Positions 55,053 to 64,000 of a DNA stretch of 64,000 nucleotides are shown in pieces. Each line of letters begins with the position of its first letter. The stretch's first letter is position 1. Source of the stretch: the human T2T-CHM13v2.0 reference genome, Homo sapiens. Location of the stretch: NCBI RefSeq assembly GCF_009914755.1, contig NC_060926.1; one strand, given 5' to 3'. Position numbers and translations under genes: made by a program. Under the pieces are notes generated by a model. The model saw only the letters and a program-made list of their open reading frames with translations. It did not search any database and was not told the DNA's origin.

Positions 55053-55890
55053 GTGATGTGTGGGGTGAAAAAGCAGGTGATAAAGTTCCCTTGTTGGGAC
55101 TCTTTTGTGGAATCAATGGCTATAAATGGTGAAGAACGTTCGCACTGCAAATACAGTGTTCTCATCTCAAAGCAAACTATACTTCCCAAGGAAACCATGT
55201 ATGTCAGGGCAAGAGGACAACACCATTTTGTATCAGGATGTGTCCCTCATGCCCTGAAGCGAGGCTTCTCTTAGCTTCCCCACCAGTGACAGGTAACAGC
55301 TCCTGTTCTCAGCTGCCCTGGCTGAGCTAATCCATGAATGCTTACCTCCCTGAGGAGGCTGCCTCACATCACACCCCTGAGCGGAGGAAGTATCCTACTT
55401 CCTATCAAAGGACCTCTCTGCCAACAAACAGAACTGTTGCCTCTGCCACAGCTCTTTTGGCCAAACTGGGGATGTCCGGTGGGAGTTGCCCCACATTCCC
55501 CTCTCCTCTGCTTCTGAATGCCTTTGTCATACAAAGGGCAAGGGAAGCCAACATCCAGAGCTCTTTTGCTGGTCAGAGATTCCCCGAGTGTCTGTCCTTA
55601 CCCCAGTCTGCTGCATGTGTCTGTGTCATAAAGCTTGGGACTCTGGTGGGAAATGGGGAAACGAGGATAGGTAAATGTTGCCCTAAGAATGAGTCTCATT
55701 CCTCTGTTCTTGTTGGGATGTGTTCTTGGGAAGGGTGGGAATTGGGGGAAGCTTGACTTTGTGTCTTCATCAATAAACTTATTTACACACACAGACACAC
55801 ATACACACACATCCCCACACCTTTTTCCAGTCAAGGGCAAGACAAAGGAAGAAAGGAAAAAGCTTTCTCCAGCATTTAAACAAGGGGCCT

Positions 55891-56516
<626 letters not shown>

Positions 56517-56998
56517 ATTTTAAAAAAATGAAAAGAGGCTTACAATTTCATTTTGTAATGGGTACTGAAAATTATGTAGCCAGTCTTGATGCCAGTTAAA
56601 TATGTGTTAGATAGATGAAATACTGAAGGAGTGGAGAGGAGAAACAGCAGAACAGAATTCTCATCTTAGCTCAATGGATGGCAACTATTCTTCCAATTGC
56701 CAAAACTCATGGACTCATCGCTGATGCATCTTTATCTCTTACACTCAGCAGTCAATCCACCAGAAACTGCTGCTGACTCTGCCAAAGTAAATTGCAGCTC
56801 CTGTTTTCTCACCAACTCCACTGCTATTGCCCTATCTTCTGCCACCCAGTGTCCCTTCTCACCTATATCATTGAAACAACCCTGCTCATCCCTGCTCCCA
56901 CCCATTGTGTTCTGTGGTATATTCTCATCACACCAGAGGGAGCAATCCTTTTACAATGCATGTCAGATCATTGTCACTCCTTCTTAGTATACTGCAAC

Positions 56999-57825
56999 TG
57001 AAGCAGGATATTTCCCTGACCCCTTTGCAGGTGGGAACTGGAGTGTAGGTGCTGGAATTAGCCAGCTGCTTTGGCGTTAGTTCAATAGACAGGGGCAAAC
57101 TCTACTCACTAGGACTCACTGCACTCCTCACTCATGGGAGGGGGAGCATGCAGGTGAGCAGGTACAAGAGCCGGGGTGAGTACTTTTCAGGCACCAGCAG
57201 AAACAAATTCTATACTGGCCCCACAGCAGCATCTGGCGGGGGTGCCCACAACCCCTGAAGCCCCAGAGGAAGTGTTACAGTACTCTTTTAGCTCTGCTGT
57301 CCATGGATGGCTTAAGTGTTAACAGCTTAGTGGAGGGTTAGTGTGACAGACTTCGGCACCCACACTTGTGGCACCCCAGTTCTTGTCTGGTGTCCAAGAG
57401 AAAAGAGGTCACACGAACCAATTTGAAAGATGGTAAATGAGGGAGATTTTACTACAAATGAAGGTGGCTCTCAGCAGGATGGGGAGTTGAAAAGGGGATG
57501 GGGTGGGAAGGCAATCCTCCCCCAAAGCTATACCATCAAACTCTCCCTCTGAAGTCAAGACACTTCTCTCTGACGTCCAGCCATAGTCTCTGACATCCAG
57601 CTGCTTCTCCTCTCTCTGCCAGCTGAGCCTGGAGTTTCCATGGGCACAGGATGGGGGGTGGGGCAGGCCATGGGTGATTTGGGAAAAGGCAACATTCATG
57701 CAGGAAAACAGAGATGTATGTTCTCACTTTAGGCCGTGGTACCAGGCTTTTCGGCTTGAGGGTGGGGCCCTCGCCAAGGACCCACCCTCTTCTGCCCAGA
57801 ATTTCCCTGCCTCCTGTCCCTATCA
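56999..57825 (-). mobile_element. ERV1-class solo LTR (MER52/LTR27/LTR28-like)
   Basis: TG...CA termini, CAAC/CAAT TSD; right end resembles the LTR at 16842-17620. Confidence 0.72.
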
Positions 57826-58303
57826 CAATGTCTCCAAAGTACAAATTCTATTGCTTTAAACATTTTAAGTGCATTTTAATTAAGTTTATGGCAGAAAAAC
57901 CTGGCAAACACTACCTTACCCAAGTGAGGAAGGCTCATATCACCAGGGAGGATATATAGACCTCAGGTACAACTGATACAATGTGATGAGAAGGCACCTT
58001 ATCTCTGGGGTATGCCCTCCAAAACCCATAACCTCAGAGGCATCATGAGAAAAACATCAGGCAGATTGAGGGACATTCTACAGGACACCCGGCCAGTATT
58101 TCTGAAGACTGTCAAAGTCATAAAAAACAAGAAAAAAACTGAGCAAAACTGTCACAGACCACAGGAGATTGGGGAGAGCTAACAACTAAATGAAATGTAG
58201 TGTCTTGGATTGGATCCTGGAATAGAAAGAGGGGATAATGGAAAAACAGGCCAAATCCAAATAAAATCTGGAGTTTAGTTAATACTTGCTTTTAAAGCAC
58301 CTA

Positions 58304-58399
58304 CAAATGCTCCTTGACTTGCCATGGTATTATGTCCTGATAAATCCAACATAGAGTGGAAATTTTTAAGTCAAATCATCATAAGTTGGAAACCATCTG
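58304..58399. mobile_element. MER47/Tigger-like MITE fragment
   Basis: TA-CAAATGCTCCTTGACTT ... AAGTTGGAAACCATCTG-TA inverted termini. Confidence 0.6.
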
Positions 58400-58446
58400 T
58401 ATTTTATTTTATTAAGTTTATTCTTTAAATCAAGAATAGGTTTTGA

Positions 58447-58573
58447 GCCAGGCTTGGTGGTTCATGCCTGTAATCCTAGTGCTTTGGGAGGCCGAGGTGG
58501 CAGGATCCCTTGAGCCCAGGAGTTCAACACCAGCCCGGACAACATGGAGAGCCCCTCATCTATTAAAAAAAAA
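58447..58573 (+). mobile_element. Alu monomer (FLAM-like)
   Basis: Single arm plus A tail. Confidence 0.8.
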
Positions 58574-58667
58574 TGGCTTTGAATTTTGTCAAAGGCTTAT
58601 GAAGATAGTTATATGACTTTTTTTATTCTGAGATACATTCATATGTGAATTATATATATTTTGTTCA

Positions 58668-58771
58668 TGTCAGATGAGCAACGTGCTGATGTTGTGACAA
58701 GGTTTGAGGGAGGCACATCTCATGCATGCACTTGGACACTGAATCATCATGCTTATGAGCTACAAAAGTAT
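58668..58771 (-). pseudogene. U13 snoRNA (SNORD13) retro-pseudogene
   Basis: On -: ATACTTTTGTAGCTCATAAGCATGATGATT...GAGATGTGCCTCCCTCAAACCTTGT...TCTGAC; colinear with U13, C box ATGATGA and D box CTGA, A-rich tail. Confidence 0.85.
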
Positions 58772-58954
58772 CTAGTATGGGAATGATATTGATGGTTTTC
58801 CGGTGTTGAATAATGCTTGAATTTTTGGAATAAATCCCACTTTATCATGAGAAAAAGTGAATCTGATAAAACCTAAAGTCCTTAAAGGCCTTCAAGGCTT
58901 TACTCTATCTCCCTGCCCTCACCCTCTCCCCCCATCCCACCTCATTACCCCTCT

Positions 58955-59413
58955 GGATTTGTTTGCTAGGGCTGCCATAACACAGTACCACAAACTGTGC
59001 AGCTTGAACAAACGGAAATTTCTTATCTCATAGTTTTGGAGACCAGAAGTTCGAGACCAAAATGTAGCAGGGTTAGTTCCTTCCAAAGGCTATAAGGGAG
59101 AATCTAGTCTGTTCTGTGCCTCTTCCCAGCTTTGGTGCTTGCTGGCAATCTTTGGTGTTCCTTGACCAGTAGAGGCATCACCCCAATCTCTGCCTTCCAC
59201 TTCACGGTGCATTCTTCCTCTGTGCATTTCTCTGTGTCCCTTTTTATATGGACAGCAGTCATATTGGATTAGTGTCCCCCCTCTAATGACATTATCTTAA
59301 CTAATAACATCTGCAATGACCCCAATTCCAGATAAGGCCACCTTCTGATGTACTGGAGTTTAGAACTTCAAAATATGAATTTGCGGGGAGAGGACACTAT
59401 TCAACCCATAACA
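58955..59413 (-). mobile_element. MLT1B/C-like MaLR LTR
   Basis: GCTAGGGCTGCCATAACA...ATTCAACCCATAACA. Confidence 0.8.
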
Positions 59414-60647
59414 CCCTCTAACCACTTCCACTTCACCCCTTGTAGCTCAGCTCCAGACATACTGGCCTTGTACAGCTCTTGCCTTAGGGCATTGACTCTG
59501 GCCATTCACCCCCTCAGAAAGCTCTTCCTTAGCTGCTCCTGCAGGTAATTCCCTCACCTCTTCTAAGTGTTTTCTCCAACCCACCTTCTTGCTGAGGCCC
59601 ACACTGTCCCCCATCTGCATCTGCACCTCCCCAAGACTTCCTGATATCCCTTGCCCTCATCAATTTAACACATGCTTCTTTCCTTGCTGCAGTCATCCCT
59701 TCCTAACATCCTATACCATTTGCTTGTTTATTATAGAGGCTATTGTTTATTGTCTGCCTCCTCTGGTGCATATAAGCTTCACGAAGGCAGGGATCCGTAT
59801 CCATTTTGACCACTGTATCCCATGTGCCTAGGAGACATTACACATCTCCTTGGCAAGTAGAGGGTACAATAAACAGTTGTTGAAAGCAAAGCAAAAGAAG
59901 AAAAGAAGGATTCTATTTCTAGAAATTGAGGACCCACCAGTGACTTGCCCTATGTTTCTCTTGCCTCCAGTCTCTGGGAAATAACACTGGAGGGAAAGTT
60001 AAGCCCACCACGGCTGTAAGAAATGACTTAGCAGAGCAGGAGACCACTAACTGTTCTGATAACACCTGAGATCACGCAAGGTTGCTTGGTGGGGGGAGGC
60101 GGGGGCAGGTGCAGAATCTACTCTTGGAGGCCAGGGCCTGGAGTTGCAAGACCAGTCCAGGAGAGGGCAGCATTATCTTCAAATCAAACCAAATAACTGG
60201 AGGAGCACAAGGAAGTAACCCACGTGAAAATTCCTCTACCCTATGGAAGTACAACTGTAAATTGGGTTCGGCAGCCCACGTCTAGAACTTAACACCACCC
60301 TTTAAAGTTTGCAAACCCTTTCACATACATTCATTCTCCCCTTAAAGTGCTCCTAGATGAGAGTTTAGCCATTGCCGGAGTGTGAGCGGAGTTTGCACTG
60401 AGCAATTAAACGATATCACCCATGTGGTCCCATGTTCCTCAACTTGTCACAGGTTCCAAGCACTTAACAGTCCTGTCCCCATGGTCAACCCCCATTTCCA
60501 GCCCACAGACCCTTCTTCCAGAAGGTTCTCAGCCTCTCTGAGTGAACCCACACTTTCAAATACAGCACATTTGGACTTACTGGCCAAGGGATTAAAAGGT
60601 ATACAGAAAGCAAGTTTCTGAGAACTGAAGATCGTTTCACAGTTTTT

Positions 60648-61006
60648 TGGTCCTCCAGCTTGGGCTGCCATAACAAAATACTGGTGATCTCAACAACAGA
60701 AATGTGCTTCTCACAGTCCTGGAGACTAGAAGCCCCAGATCAGGGTGCCAGCATGGTTGGGTTATGATGAGGGCACCCTCCTGGCTTGCAGATGGCTGCC
60801 TTCTCAATGTGTCCTCATGTGGTGGAGAGAAAGAAAGAGAGGTCTGGTCTCTTCCTGTTCTTATGAGGACACTAATTCCACATGGGGGCCCTACCCTCAT
60901 AATCTATCACCTCTCCAAAGGCCCCACCTCCAAATACCATCACAACAGGGGTTAGGACTTCAACATATAAACTTGGTGAAGACACAAACATTTTGAGTCC
61001 ATAGCA
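60648..61006 (-). mobile_element. MLT1A/MST-like MaLR LTR
   Basis: GGGCTGCCATAACAAAATAC...GACACAAACATTTTGAGTCCATAGCA. Confidence 0.8.
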
Positions 61007-61966
61007 AGCACCATGTCACAGTTTAACAGGAATGATTTCCTTCCCTGATAACACTCCCTTACATATTCATGAGTCAAGGCTCTAGCAAGTTCTAACAAAC
61101 TTTTATCTGTCTTTGATGCAGGCTTGCTTATTTTCTCTTACACGTGGCCAGCCGTACCAAGCTCTACCCGATATGGCCCAACCTGCATAGTCAACATTCT
61201 GTCTGATGGACTTGGCTGCCAAAGCGGTATCCATGGTTGCAGTAAAAATAAACCTCACAAATGGTGACCAGGGGGCTGGAGGGTGGAGGGGTTCTAGATG
61301 GAAACTGGGCAGATGGGAGACAGGTGGGAAGAAGACTCCTTGTGAATAGCTTTTAATTTTTTTTTTTTTGAAACATGTGACATAGTTCCCATTACATATT
61401 TTCAATGTTTAAAAAATAATTTTAAAATGTTAAACAGTCATAATTCAACCATGGTGGCAGGAGGCCTGTGGTGCAGCTGAGAAACTGCTCTAAGCTCTGG
61501 CATGTGCAGTTGTATGTCTTCTGGCTGCTCTGTCTCAATTTCCACCCACAGAGCCAAGGAAGCCTCCAGCCAATTCCAGGGAGCATCTTTCTGGGCCCTG
61601 GGTTTAGAGACCTGTGATTCTCTTTATTCCCTCTGCTCCAGATTCTCCAAATCAGCTCACTTTGGGCTCTCTTGGCCCTGTGTCTTTCCTGTCACTGGTT
61701 TGTCAACTGCCTCCACTCAGTGCCTCCCCTTAGCCCTTCCTGTCCTTACGGTTTCTAAATGCAATTCTAATAGCTTCACAAATGTGCTCCTCCACTTTCC
61801 TAGGCACCAAGGAAACCTTGACCCACAGGCTTTAATTTTACCCTTGCAGTGAATTCTTATTGACTTTCACTGACCACTGGAACCCACCTACTTGCCCTGA
61901 GAACACTCCCATTATCTTTCAATTAAAATAAGACCCTTGATTTATACTTTAATATACATATATCCA

Positions 61967-64000
<2,034 letters not shown>

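Larger units (their letters stand above)
56670..59890 (+). mobile_element. L2 broken up by nested insertions (LTR, L1, MITE, Alu monomer, U13 copy, MLT1)
   Basis: Colinear L2 pieces at ~56670-56995, ~58870-58950 and ~59420-59890 (ends AATAAACAGTTGTTGAA). Confidence 0.6.

Noticed and set aside
56929-56945. Weaker CTCF-like motif (also at ~61265)
   Set aside because: Incomplete core match; the first lies within an L2.

Overview
Human genomic DNA from the chemokine-receptor locus on 2q35. It contains most of CXCR2 (+ strand: two short 5'UTR exons and a single coding exon, CDS 8496-9578, 360 aa) and all of CXCR1 (- strand: non-coding exon 1 and CDS 38901-37849, 350 aa), arranged tail-to-tail about 28 kb apart. 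The rest is repeat-rich: about 40 Alus, old L1/L2/MIR/DNA-transposon fragments, four solo LTRs with TSDs, a U13 snoRNA retrocopy, and a 5.9 kb two-LTR HERV-H provirus lying 7 kb upstream of CXCR1 on the same strand. I see no new protein-coding gene or novel system. The most unusual signal is a set of short local duplications. A 175-bp copy of CXCR1 intron sequence sits in the CXCR1 upstream region between ~33-bp direct repeats. There is also a ~325-bp inverted duplication, a 99-bp copy inserted into a MIR, and a ~290-bp intergenic duplication. Other points of interest are gene-conversion tracts between CXCR1 and CXCR2 and an intact HERV-H splice donor pointing at CXCR1. Repeat subfamily names are from recalled consensus sequences, repeat boundaries are approximate, and identities were counted by eye.
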